From Adineta vaga (Eukaryota > Animalia > Rotifera): DNA of 64,000 nucleotides. Below the pieces are notes generated by a model that saw only the letters and a program-made list of their open reading frames with translations, was not told where the DNA came from and ran no database searches. Below are positions 36,621 through 49,496 of this stretch, piece after piece (the first letter of the stretch is position 1; each line of letters begins with the position of its first letter). A program made the translations under genes and the position numbers. The stretch covers positions 1,240,001 through 1,304,000 of the forward strand of contig CP075493.1 in the NCBI GenBank assembly GCA_021613535.1, written 5' to 3'.

Positions 36621-39090
36621 AATTGCTCAATTAAGACGATTTTGCAAATGAAAATCGAAGCGATGAACAGTTGACATAGAATCTGAGTTGAACAACAAAC
36701 AGATAAATGAAGCAATAGCTAATGGTATTTGGTTGATTCTTTAGTTTTCTGAAGGAATTAGAGATAGTTTTGAATGTCAGTAGATAGAAAAATAATTCTC
36801 TGTCAAAGTACGTTTTGGGTTTCTTTTTTAAGAAAGAGAGAAGTGAAAAATTAAAAGATAGATGGCGCTATCATATCATGTCAACATGATTGTTTGGTGG
36901 AATGAAGAAACTGGCTTTCATCAATATTGCACAAACTATATTTTCTCAAAATGATTTCAAAAGAAACTCAAATAATAATAAAGATTGTTTTGATTCAATT
37001 TATTTAGAATTTTGTAACACCACAACTTCCAATTCTATCTGTCATCTTTATTATATTTTCATATTTATATTTCTAATTATGGAATGAATAAAACTGAGAA
37101 AAAAGATATCAATTTATTTTAATTGTGGCGAAAATATACAAATATAGATATGATAAACAAACATTTTTTTGAGTCAATACGTTGAATTCATGTTTGTTTC
37201 AACGTATATGATTTCATATGACGTAAATCTATAGAAATAGTAATGATAAATTCATTGAAGCATGACGTACGATACAATGTCTAAACAAGAGAAAGAAAAG
37301 AAAGGATTATAAATATATAAGTTGAATTTATTTTTAAGTGAAACAAGTATTTTCAAATAGTTCCAAGGATCTTTTTCTTAATTACCACTCAGTATAATTC
37401 GAATAATCATCGTAAAACATTTCATCAAGTCAATCACTTGATAATTTTCAACACCTTATAATCGTGATATGAATATTTAAACTTACATCAGAAAATCATT
37501 TCTATCATTTATACATATGTTTTGTAAAAGAGTATTCTTTTCCTCATCTGTGTAACCATTCTCCTTTTCAGTCGAAAAACTTATTCCAATACATACATAT
37601 GTATATCAATATTCATCGACAACATATTGTAATCAATATTTTGATTATTATTCTTTGATAAAAATTTGAAAAACTTTCATATTATTTTACTTTGCATTTT
37701 CTTGTCTATTGATAGAAAATCATCTGCATATGCATTCGATTACTCTAGGAAAGACACAATTCTTTTCTCTATATTCGATTAATAGACAAAGAAATAATGC
37801 ATCTAAGTGCTTTAACATTTTACAGTTACCCAATGAAGACTGCGCTACATATCTGTAGACATATTGCTTTCCTATGCCAGTCAATTGTAAAAATAAGTGT
37901 AAGTTATCCGTATTATTAGCCTTGAAAAGATTTCTTTCAATACACATATATTGTTATCTAAACATATCCTAACGAATTCACAACTAAAATAAAGATCTTT
38001 TTTTCTCATGATATAAATATTATTCATTCTAACAAATCATTGATATTCTCTCGTCTACTTCATTCAACAATTCTATGTGAAGAGAAAAAAACCTTTTTCT
38101 TTTTTTCATTAGATATCAATAAGAAGGAAAAATTAATAATTCTATCATCAAAATAAGTAAATTTCTCTTATTTTGTTTTGAATATATTCATAGAAAGCAT
38201 TCTTATATTCCCTAAAGTGTTTTCTCATATCCTGTTAATGTATTATTGCACTGTAAGGATCATCTTTATCACAGGAAAAAATATATATATATATAAGATC
38301 AATCCATCCATACATTATTTTCGATCGAGGAAAAGAAATTGACATAGAATATCGACTAAATGATCAAATATGATTATTGAAGAAGATGATGGGTAAGAAA
38401 AATAAGATAAAAACTAACGTCAACCAGTAAAAAAGAAAAAAACATATCTCTAGCGAGAAAGAAAAACGAGTAAATGAATAGAGTGCTAGTGTATATCGTT
38501 TACGCATAACTAAACTTTTCTATGTCTTAATTTGTGTTCGATAAGAATTGAACGGGTGCTCTTGAAGATGCCATTATGATCTAAACATACTTACAGATAC
38601 AAAAGCGAGATAGAAAGCAAAGAAAAAAACGATCCTTTTCTTGATCTTTATCTCGCCTCATTTCACATAGACACATATATACGGAGGATATATCGAACCT
38701 ATTCTTATCGATTAGAAAGAACAAGAAATCATATAGATATGAGTTTGTATCGATTTATTTTCCCCGGTTTTGTTTTAATCGAATCTGTAAATGAGAAATA
38801 TTTATTACATTAGAAGACATTCAACACAAATCTGTCGAATATATCAATTATTTATAGAGAATTGACATCAGAAACAATTTTTCTTCATGTAAATCAACAG
38901 AAAGAAAGAAAAGGATGTTAAAAACATGTTTTTCTATTGAAATAAATAACCTTTCTTTTTTTTTCGCCAAGTTTATTCAGTAGTTTCTATATACATACAT
39001 AACATTTATTCTAGATAATAATTTAATGTTTAATGCTGATAATCATTATGGAATGTTATATTCAAGTATCTTTCTTTAATTCTCTTGGCG

Positions 39091-42000
39091 ATGTCTTCGT
39101 TCAAAACTTATTCATTAAAGTACGATTTTAATCAATTAATTGAATACAAAGAAACGATGTCAATATTAACGAACAATGATGATAAAACTGATAATGATGA
39201 AGATGGAAACGATGATGTGAAAGATGATTTACAAATTATTCCAATAATTATCGAAAATCATCATATAGAATCATCCTCACCTCCAGTTCTTCGTTCAATT
39301 TTACGCAAACATGTTGTGAAAGAAGTATCGTCAAAACTTGCTCATGATGTTCAGCAAACATTGATGCCAATAAATGAGAACGAGGACGGTAATGATGAGA
39401 GAGATTCCGATTACACCGAAGACGAAGACGAAGAAGATGAAGAAGAAGGAGGAGAAAATAATAATGTTAATACCGTGAGTAGATGAGAAAAAAAAGAAAG
39501 GTAAAAATTTTGAACAATATTATCACAAATCTTTTTTTCTGATCAGCAGCATAAAAGTCAATCTTCCTCTTTTATTTTTGCCAATGAACTTTCAAAATCT
39601 ACAACATCTACACGTCAAACATCTGTAAAATTTTCGGAAGAAGAACCAAAAATTATTCGTCTTAATTTATCTCCATCATCTTGTGAAGAATCAAAAGTTG
39701 AACCACGTCATTCAGTTACGTTTATCAATATGAAAGAAGATCTTCCAATAGCACCAACAACAATGACATCAGATTTTCGTCCTGTTTATGTTTCACCATT
39801 AAAATATCGACCATTACTTGGTTTATCAGCAAATGATAGTCGTTTATTACTTGAAAAACGTGTTTCTCTTCTTGGAAAACCAGTCATTTTTCATGCAACG
39901 CAAAAACGTTCACCAAATTATCGTCGTGCTCAATTAATTATTTATAATTTCTTAGAACGAGCACATGGATATAAAGCTATTATTTATCATACATTTGTGT
40001 AAGTTATTTCACAACAACATTGACTTTCTCCTCAGTTAATTCACTATTCGACGAGATATCGAGAAATGTACTGAAAAAACAAATCAATCGATTTCTATAA
40101 GTATTTTATGACAAGATAGAAGAGAAAGCAAATCAATGACTTTGTTTTTCTCTTCAGTACAATCAGATAATGAGCAGAAGCGTAGGCAGATAAATACGTA
40201 ATAAAAATTTCTAGTCATTTGCTTTCTATTATCTAAACATGTTATAAATAGAAAAAGAAAATCAATAGGAACTTTTTCTTTCTTCTTCTTCTACTTCTAT
40301 GAACATGTTATTGATGTTTACATTGTTTGTTACACTTTGCATGCTTTAATGAGAAAAGTAAAGATACAATTAATATGATCAAATATATTAGAACAAATAT
40401 ACTTTCATGTTTATAACTATTCAGAAGAAAAAACAATATACATGATTGATGAAAAGTACTCAGTGTTCTTTTGAGACTATTCGAAACATGTATGATAACT
40501 TATTAAGATCTAATGAGGATAATTAGTTTATTTCCGAAGTATATCAAATAAACGGAAGAAGAAGATTATTAAAATATCGTATAATGATTGAACATTTTCG
40601 AGGTATTCTATTTGAAATACGAACTACTGATGAAGGCGGAATATTTGCAAGTATCAAATCAATCCTTCGAAAGGCGAATGAGTAAATCGATTTTGAGAAA
40701 AAAATGAATAACTCATTTGATAAAGTTGAACAGGTGGAAATGTTTTCTTGTTCAATGTTAACGAGTGCTCATTTATGTAATCAGTGAATATATATATATT
40801 TTTTTTTTTGGTAGATTTATCACTGTTTTCGTATGTTTATTTTTGTCTGTGGTTGTAACAATGCCAGAATATGAAAAAATAGCAACATCTGTGTTATTAC
40901 CTAGTGTAAGAAATGAATTTTAAAGAAAAATAAATTTATTCGAATTTGAATTGATTATTTAGGAAATTATAGTATTTATTTGGCTTTCACTTGAATTATC
41001 TTTGCGTGTATGGAGTGCTGGTTGTCGTTCACGTTATCAGACAGTGATGGGTCGATTACGTTTTATGCGCAAACCTTTTTGTGCACTTGGTTTGTATTTT
41101 CCAAAGCAAAGATATTTGAAGAAAGAAAGAAAGAAATTTATTTTGATTTGTTTAGATTTAATTATGATTCTTGCGACTGTTTTAACACTTTGTTTGAATA
41201 TTCGTAGTGGAAATGGTGTTTTTGCTGCGTCAGCTTTACGTGGTTTAAGATTTTTTCAAATTCTACGTATGTTAAGAATGGATCGTCGAGGAGGAACTTG
41301 GAAATTGTTAGGTTCTGTTGTTTATGCACATCGACAAGTTTGTTTTTAGAGATACAATCCGAAAAAAAGGAAGAAATTTCATTTTAAATCTTTAGGAATT
41401 AATCACAACGATTTATATTGGATTTTTAGTTTTAATATTTTCTTCATTTATCATGTTTCTTGTTGAAAAAGATAATACCTACGAAAGAAATCAAACATCA
41501 ACAACCAATATGACGCAACTTACATCTTCGACTTCAATAGCTCATCTAATCGATACAGATCGACATAAATTCGAAACATTTGCTGATGCATTGTGGTGGG
41601 GAATTGTATGTTTTCTTTATCAATGATTTCGTTTCTTTATAAATGCTAAATTTCTTTGTTTTTCATTTAGATTACATTATGCACGGTAAAGATATTTTCA
41701 TAAATCAATTTCTTTACATATTTTCTCATAGGTTGGATATGGTGATAAAGTTCCTTCATCATATATTGGAAAATTAATTGCTGCAATTTGTTCATTTATT
41801 GGAATTAGTTTCTTTGCTTTACCAGCGGTAACCTTTTCTTTTGTCATAGCTTTGATAGTTTTACACGAGATAATCTATTTTTGATTATATAGGGTATTCT
41901 TGGTTCAGGTTTTGCTCTTAAAGTTCAACAACAACAACGACAAAAACATTATAAACGACGAAAAATTCCAGCTGTTTTATTAATACAAAATCTATGGCGT

Positions 42001-43266
42001 GTTTATGCTGCTGATGAAAAATCACTTTCAAAAGCTACATGGAAAGTTCATGTTCGACCAGCACGTGAAAATACTGATGGTTCTTTAGCATCACATAGTA
42101 ATCATCATCATTCATTGTAAGTTTAATCATTGTTGTTAATCAAATTTTATTCTTTTCTTTTTCTTCGAGATCATCGAAACTACGTAATAATCCATCATTT
42201 TTAAATCGAGTCAGTTTTCGACGACGTACAACATCACATGATACACCAACAATATCAGTCAAATCTCCAAATCTAAAAGCAACTCCTTATGTAACAGTTT
42301 CTGCAATGCGTTCATGTATCGATACACTTTCCGACACAGCAAGTATATCACCGCCAGCAAGTCTTTTTTCACCACCTGAAGCAGCATCATCATCTGGTAA
42401 AAAGATCTTTTCTAAAGGCAACTTTCCATCTGATTTTGTTTCTGTTTTAGATAATGATGATGATCATTTATTTTATGCAAATGATGTAAAATCATTAACA
42501 GCAATTCATCGACATGCAATTCGATTTACTCGAAAAGTGAAATATTTTGTTGCAAGACGAAAATTCCGTGAAGCATTACGACCTTATGATGTAACAGATG
42601 TTATCGAACAGTATTCAACAGGGAATGTTGATATGCTTGCAAGAATGAAATATATTCAAGCAAGGTATGAATTATTAAATGTTATCTTCCAAAAAAAAAC
42701 ATCATCTCTTTGTTCGTATTTTCGTTTGTAGATTAGATAAAGTATTTGGTACACCGAAATCACTTGAAAGTTATGAATCAGGTCCAAGTTTAGCAACTAG
42801 AATATGTAAAATTGAAAGACAAGTAAGAAGAATGATTGTTCACATCAAGAGAATAGAAAAGATAAATAGTTTTTAAATTCAATATTTTTAGGTTGATGGA
42901 TTAGATGTAAAAGTTGATCGACTTTGTAAATTAGCTAATAGTCTATTAGATGCTCATATTCATAAATTAAAAGAAACAGTAACCGCATCATCGGTAATTC
43001 CTATTGTAATAAATCGAATTCGAACTGGAACTCGTGCTTATATTCATCGTCGTCGTCGTCGTCGTCGTTTTCGTCAACCAGATTCTCATTTTGGATCGAA
43101 TATGTCAACAATGAATGGATTATTTCCAACAGAGAATTCTTCTCAAACAAATTTAACTCAACAACCATCATCATCATCTCTTGCAGATCATTCTCATGAA
43201 AGTCTTATAAGTCTTTATTCTTTATTACAAGATAATTTTAATTCGCCAAAATTAGATCCGGTATAA
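39091..43266 (+). CDS. KCNQ: KCNQ (Kv7) voltage-gated potassium channel
   Basis: IYNFLER..G..YH; S2-S3 [11 protein letters not shown]; S4 [30 protein letters not shown]; pore FADALWWGI|ITLCT|VGYGDKVP; S6 [25 protein letters not shown]; helices [23 protein letters not shown]. Confidence 0.96.
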
Positions 43267-44562
43267 TAAGAAAAACAAACCGAAAGTTTTGTTAATTAAT
43301 GTGGACGGTGCCTTTCTTTGGTTTGTTAAATAAAATAAAAAAAAGTCATTTGTTTGTTTTTTGCAATTAAATCATCAGAAAATACCAAATAAATTTTCCA
43401 ATATTTGTTTTTTACAATGACAGGATTTTTGCTTTTGAATAACAGTAATACGATTTATATGAATTATAGGTTTTGATGACAAATGACGTGGGAAATGTTT
43501 AGTTTTATGTCCTTGTGGAGTGCTTGTATAATAATGATTTGCGTTCATTGATAGAAGAAAACGTTTATAACCTTGAGATTGTGCCATTATCGACTAAATA
43601 AATCGTTTAGTTCAAGAAAACTCAACAAATTGACTTACTTCGAAATTATGTTGATAAATTCAGTGATCGAATGAGTATTATATAGTCATTTCATAAGAGA
43701 AAAAAGAAGTTGTCTATTTCTGTGATGATGCAATGAGAACTTATCAATAACGAATATATGTGACAGCTTTTTTTTTCTGTTATGAAAGCCGAGAGAGAGA
43801 GAGAGAACGATGACAGATATAAGAATAGATGACATCGTTATTTTCTGATGTGTTGTATTTTTTTAAAACTATGCGTCAATAATGCCTTCATTATGAGACG
43901 AATTGATTGTTGTTAAATTTCAAACATTCCATTTGATGATATTCAATTTTGAATCATCATTAAATCTTGTATCGATGATTATAACCGGAACTAATTTTGT
44001 AAACATGAAACGGATTGAATAGCTGATGTTTTGTATGTTTCTTTGATGCATCTTCATTGAATTGAATAATATATTTGCTCGCGTGTTTTATTAAAGATTC
44101 ACCTCGCTAAGGCGCAAAACTTCAGGGATGTATAAGAATCTGTTCAAAGGTCAAAGAATGCCGCTGCGTAATTGTATGCGTGATGATAAATATATAAACA
44201 AGTGAAAAACATAAATCTGTCGAATTCCTCGTTTCGGTAATTTAAACATTTAATCCTATGGAAGATTGTCTACTATCAAGTATATTTTTCTTCAACCGCC
44301 TCATAAAAATAATTCTTAGAGATACACGCTTGAAGAAATGACGTATTTCTCTCAATTCTTTGACAGAATTATTATACTTGTGTTCTTTTATATAATGTCA
44401 CTCGTTTTCGTTTCCATAGTATTTCTCTTTCGTATAACAGATGTAGTAGATATCAGAATTAGAGATAAAACGTTCTTTTCTTTCTTTCTTTTTTTCTTAC
44501 TCTCACATCTGTTAACGTTTTTTTTAGCTTTTACTGTTGACTTCTTCACGATTTTTATAAGA

Positions 44563-45102
44563 ATGGCGCGAATGAGTTTTGATACGCGTTCACAAAATGC
44601 ATGGAAAGAATTGATCGAAAAAGAGTCGGTTACTCGTATCTCTTGGCATAGAAAATTTCAACCAACTAAAAATCCCGATGAATGGTTTAAACGTGCATTT
44701 TATACACAAGCTACATCAAAACCTATTACTCAATCATTACCAACAATTGTTTTTCCTCCACGACTTAAACCACGTTCTAATCCAACTGATACATTATATC
44801 AATTAGGACAAAAACTCGATATAGAACACCATCCCAATGTTTTAAAAGAAATGTATCCAGTTAAAAAAGAACATCAGCAAATTCTTTCTGATGGATTTTC
44901 AGGAGAAGAGAAAGGTCGTTATAAATATCTAAAAGTACGTCAAGAAATTGCACCAGATCATAAGTATCAATATCCAGTATCTAGTTCAATGGAATATGGA
45001 TGGAAATTAGATGAAAATGCTTATCATTATCAAACACCAAAACATGCACAAGGAAATCTGATTCAAGAATCATTTTATCGAACGAATGGAGCATTTCAAT
45101 GA
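44563..45102 (+). CDS. SPMIP1/ATP6V1FNB-like microtubule inner protein, intronless
   Basis: Q.AWKELIEKE...R.SW, EMYPV, DGFSGEEKGRYKYL..R...P..KYQYP.SSSMEYGW and FYRTNG motifs. The true start is probably ATG 44563 rather than 44338. Confidence 0.75.
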   Translation: MARMSFDTRSQNAWKELIEKESVTRISWHRKFQPTKNPDEWFKRAFYTQATSKPITQSLPTIVFPPRLKPRSNPTDTLYQLGQKLDIEHHPNVLKEMYPVKKEHQQILSDGFSGEEKGRYKYLKVRQEIAPDHKYQYPVSSSMEYGWKLDENAYHYQTPKHAQGNLIQESFYRTNGAFQ

Positions 45103-46106
45103 ATGTTCCAATTTCTTTTTCTATGATATTCTATTAAAACAGAATCCATTATTTTACAAATATGTCGAATATCTATTTTCTTTTTTTTTCTTTCTTTCTT
45201 TGAAGTTATCAAGTAAATATATACATACTCATCATTGAAGGTTATTATATGAGTTGTTGTTTTTTTCTTTCTTTTCTGTTTTCTAATCAGGTAAAAATGG
45301 ATGATGATCAAACAAATATAAAACGACATCGAAAATATTTTATGATATCACAGATGTAGATGAACGCTTAGTAGTAAGATATACTGTTACTAAAGGAGAG
45401 GTTTTGCGTTCTTGTTGTGTTCTCATCTCATTTCATAATGAGACGAATGTTTTTCGTTTAGAAAGAGTTTATAACTATAGTAAAACGTTTCTTTTAATGA
45501 CATCGCTAAGATACGTTGTATAAGAGAAGAATAATATATGATATTTAATGTTTTGTTTTTGTAGTTCATTTTGTTGTCGGTTCTAAACATACATTTCTTC
45601 TTTACAATGGGAAAAGTTTTGTCTTCTGCTTCTGTTTATTCTTACTGGACAATTAGTTGCACAAGATACGCGATCATTTCAAATAGTTATAATGAATGTT
45701 TGACACATTTTATGTGCAAACACATAATTTCATTTACAAATTGATTTTTGCTTAACAAGGTTCTTTTAATTTTTTTCTTTTCATTTATAATTCGAATGAA
45801 GATATATTGTTAGAATGCATTACAAAATCGTTTTCCATAGGTGTCTTTATGATTTCTCCTTGATGTACAACGTCGTTAAGGAATTATATTTTATTTATCA
45901 TAAATTTACCATACAATCTTGTGAGACGAAATATTAATGTTCATATGACTCTTGTGATTTGATGATATAATCTATTTAACGAATTTACAAGCTATAGTTT
46001 GTAAGAGACACAGAGATGTTCACTGAAAATCAAGCTTTTGATCATTTTTATTCGAACTGATTTGTTTCTCTTTGTCCAGAAACATACATTTGAAAAGATA
46101 GAAGAG

Positions 46107-46257
46107 AATGGAACGTTTCAACCTCAAACGATTTATAAAGCTAGAAACCATGTATACTCTGCGACGGCAATAGCAAACATCATTGATGATAATAAACCCG
46201 ATATAATTGCTGCAAACAAAAAGTGCAGCTATTGTTAGTGTACTTATACATTGTTGA
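46107..46257 (+). pseudogene. Isolated FG-GAP/VCBS repeat relic
   Basis: NGTFQPQTIY....YS..IANIIDDNKPDIIAAN, then a frameshift before SAAIVSVLIHC*. No intact upstream repeats. Confidence 0.6.
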
Positions 46258-46725
46258 AATGTACTCAGGATTCTGTTACACATACTTTGAACGATAGAGA
46301 CGATCAATCATATTTATTTGACTAGATAATATTTAAGATATATTCTAAACTTTAATAGAATTATGACTTCCTTCTTTTTTTTGAGTCAGTACATATAGTT
46401 ATAGTATGTAGCAGAAGACCAATCGTACGAATTTTGTAGAAAAAAAACAACTACGTATAAAGCAATGAATATTTTGAATTCTTTTATGCGATATTTTATT
46501 AAAACAAAATCCGTTATTTCACAAATATACTAAAAAAAGCTTTTTTTTCGTTTTTCTTTTGTCGCAATAGAATGAAATTGTAAGTGAAAGATATGCTTTT
46601 GTTTCTTGTTCTTCATCGTTTTTTTCACCCTATCAAGATAACAGATGTTACCATTATAGAAAGTTATAACACGTACATTGTTTTCTTTTCTTTTCTTTTT
46701 CATTTGCTATCAAGTAAAAGAAGAT

Positions 46726-48000
46726 ATGACGACCAACGATCAACAACCATCTAAGGAACGTATAAAACGACGTAAAAAATGTTCCACAATATCAAGCAGT
46801 GCATTTGATGCTGAAGCTCAAGATCTCATTCAACAATGGGAAGAATTATCAAATGAAATCAATACATTTGAACATGATCATCAAACATATTTAACTCAAT
46901 TAGAAAATGTTGAAAAACTTAAAAAAACTCATCGATTAGAATTTAATAAAATTGAAAAAAAAATTCAAAATCTTAATGAATCGATTGATGTTCATCAATC
47001 ATTAATTATTGTCGCAGATAATCATAAACAACAAGTGTCGAACAATTCCGATCTATTACGTATTCGTCGTGATAGTGAAAAGAAAAGAGAAACACCAGAA
47101 GAACGTCTTATGCGTTTAAGTACAATTCGTGAACATTTAATAAAACAACGTTCAGATTATTTAAGACGAATTCAATATACATTACCACAACCACCTGAAA
47201 GATATTTACGTATTATTCTTGGAAGTGAATTACCTGTATCAATTTTAGATAAATCCGAACAATGGAAATATAAAGAAAGTTACGAACGATTTAAATTACG
47301 TGTTACATTAATTATCATGATTCTATCGTTATTAATGACAACAATAATTCCAATTAATCGTGCATTTGATGCACTTTTTCATTTCTTACTTGTTTGGTAT
47401 TATTGTACATTAACAATTCGTGAATCAATTCTTGTTGTTAATGGTTCAAAAATACAATTTTGGTGGCGTTTACATCATTTCATATCAACAATAACGACAT
47501 GTATTATTTTAATTTGGCCATCAACAAAATCCTATAAAATCTTTCGACAACAACATTATGTTTTTAGTTTATATATTAGTTGTGTTCAAGTTCTTTTATA
47601 TTATTATCAACGAGGTCTTCTTTATCGTTTACGTGCATTAGGTGATTCCGATGAATTACAAATATCAATTGAAGGTTTTCAATCATGGATGTTACGTGGT
47701 CTTTCATTTCTCGCACCATTTCTAATTGGTGGATATTTATTTGAATTATACAATGCTTATGTTCTCTACAATATATCAATAAATCCAAACAATGAACCAA
47801 ATTCTGATTGGCAATTTATGTTGAAGATTCTTGCTGGATTATTTTTGATATTATTTTTAGGAAATATGATAACAATGTATATGGTAATTCGGCGTAAAAT
47901 TCGAGAACGTATTCCTGATATTCAATGGTTACAACATCGATATGAAAGTGTGAAAACATTATTAAATCGTGTTCGATCAGTTAAATCATTTCATAAATAA
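46726..48000 (+). CDS. TMEM120: TMEM120 (TACAN)-family membrane protein, intronless
   Basis: N-terminal coiled coil; YLRIILG..VSIL, YKESYERFK, FLLVWYYCTLTIRESILVVNGSKI.FWW.LHHFIST, YQRGLLYRLRALG, EGFQSWMLRGLSFL. Confidence 0.95.
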   Translation: MTTNDQQPSKERIKRRKKCSTISSSAFDAEAQDLIQQWEELSNEINTFEHDHQTYLTQLENVEKLKKTHRLEFNKIEKKIQNLNESIDVHQSLIIVADNHKQQVSNNSDLLRIRRDSEKKRETPEERLMRLSTIREHLIKQRSDYLRRIQYTLPQPPERYLRIILGSELPVSILDKSEQWKYKESYERFKLRVTLIIMILSLLMTTIIPINRAFDALFHFLLVWYYCTLTIRESILVVNGSKIQFWWRLHHFISTITTCIILIWPSTKSYKIFRQQHYVFSLYISCVQVLLYYYQRGLLYRLRALGDSDELQISIEGFQSWMLRGLSFLAPFLIGGYLFELYNAYVLYNISINPNNEPNSDWQFMLKILAGLFLILFLGNMITMYMVIRRKIRERIPDIQWLQHRYESVKTLLNRVRSVKSFHK

Positions 48001-48348
48001 ATCAGAATATTCTTTTTTTTTCTATTTCCATATGATATCATTAGTTTTACAAATCAAATTTCATTCATTCAATATAAAGATAGTGATTCTACGCATATTT
48101 CAACATTATTTTTCTAATTACTTGCTCAAAATACAAAACCTTTGAGAATTTCCTACTCAAAAACCAACATTCGTCGTTGTATTCATTATTATATTGTTAA
48201 TTAAACAGTTGTATCAGTTTCTTTTTATCTATTTATAAATTCATTCTTCTTGTCTATGACCTTTCTCATTATTGACCTATGAGAGTATTTCCTTTTGTTT
48301 TGAAAAGTGCGCGGTAAATGTATCATCCAGTTGTATATATCACATCCG

Positions 48349-48728
48349 CCCAGATCGATAAATCCGATAGGATCTAACGTTTCCAAAAAGATCCTATCGG
48401 ATTCCTGGTAACGGATCTGTATTTTATTACGATCTTATGGCCACCTGTCGGATCCGTCGAAATCCGTTTATATAATGTCACGTAAAAGTTGTACTTCCTG
48501 CATCCTAGGACGATGGTTCCTGGAAGCAGTATTGTGCTTATTTCTGGTGAAAACCTCCAGGATATCTATGTTTTCCGCGTTGGATATCATGGGAAAGTGC
48601 CTGGAATCCTGGTGAGGGAACCGATGATCGTAGCCGATGACAGAATTTGGTCACCGGAATACTGCTTCCATGAAATCTCCGGTAGGTCCTGGAACTGGAC
48701 GGTTCCTGACAGGATTGTGTTACCTAGA
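48349..48728. mobile_element. Degenerate MITE of the CCCAG...GGG family
   Basis: GC-rich island starting cccagatcgataaatccgatagga with many ggatcc/ccgga/ggaatcc motifs and a degenerate right end (tgttacctaga). ORF 48489..48995 is a by-product. Confidence 0.7.
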
Positions 48729-49496
48729 ATTCATTTCTTTCACAACCGGACGCACAATTTTGAATACACATCCAAATATTTTCAATGGAAAAAGAATTAT
48801 CAGATTGGGATAAGGAGGTCAGAAGTATACTGGAATTATGTCAGTTCTCAAGTTTTTTGCTTTTTCCAACAGAGAGTCGAACTAGCCAAGCAAAAAAAGA
48901 ATTCTAACCAAAATCTGGATGGTTTAGTAGAGGAATTAAATGTGTTCAAGAATTACATTGCAATTGTTGACAAGAAGATAAATAAGAAGAAATGAAACTT
49001 TAAATTTCATATATATATATTTTTCTTTCGATTTAGATATGTTGTTAAAACAAATGGAAAGTGAGAAAGAAAACTACAGAAATCCAACAACATAGGCTCA
49101 TCTCGAAGATGATATATATTATCATTTTTTTTGTATGTTGCTTGTCATGCTGGCCATTGGTTTCTTTTCTCTCTGTCGTTTGTTGTGCTCTCAACTGCTA
49201 CGATTGTTAATGAGATTATCGATGAAAATTGACAGTAAATGAGAAGAAAATTTTTAGCAAATGCCGGAAATTTTTACAGATATATCGGAAAAGTAAGATG
49301 AAATAGATCTTCATGTCTGGATATCGACAAGTTTCCATCTCAAAACTGCTTACCAGATAATAGCTTTATCAACGAGGTCTTCTCTACGACACGTTCATTT
49401 TATCAAAAGAATCACTCATGTAAAGTATTTTCATAAATAAAACTTTTATTTTTATTTTCTCATTTTCAAAAACAATATCACCGAATACATCATAAA

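Noticed and set aside
40627-40672. CTGATGA...CGAAA hammerhead-like motif in a KCNQ intron
   Set aside because: Stem II register is wrong (A-C at the closing pair) and no stem I/III partner was found.
44338-44562. Hydrophobic N-terminal extension of the SPMIP1-like ORF
   Set aside because: T-rich upstream sequence; family similarity begins at ATG 44563.
48489-48995. 168-aa ORF
   Set aside because: Mostly read-through of a MITE plus flanking DNA; no recognisable protein.
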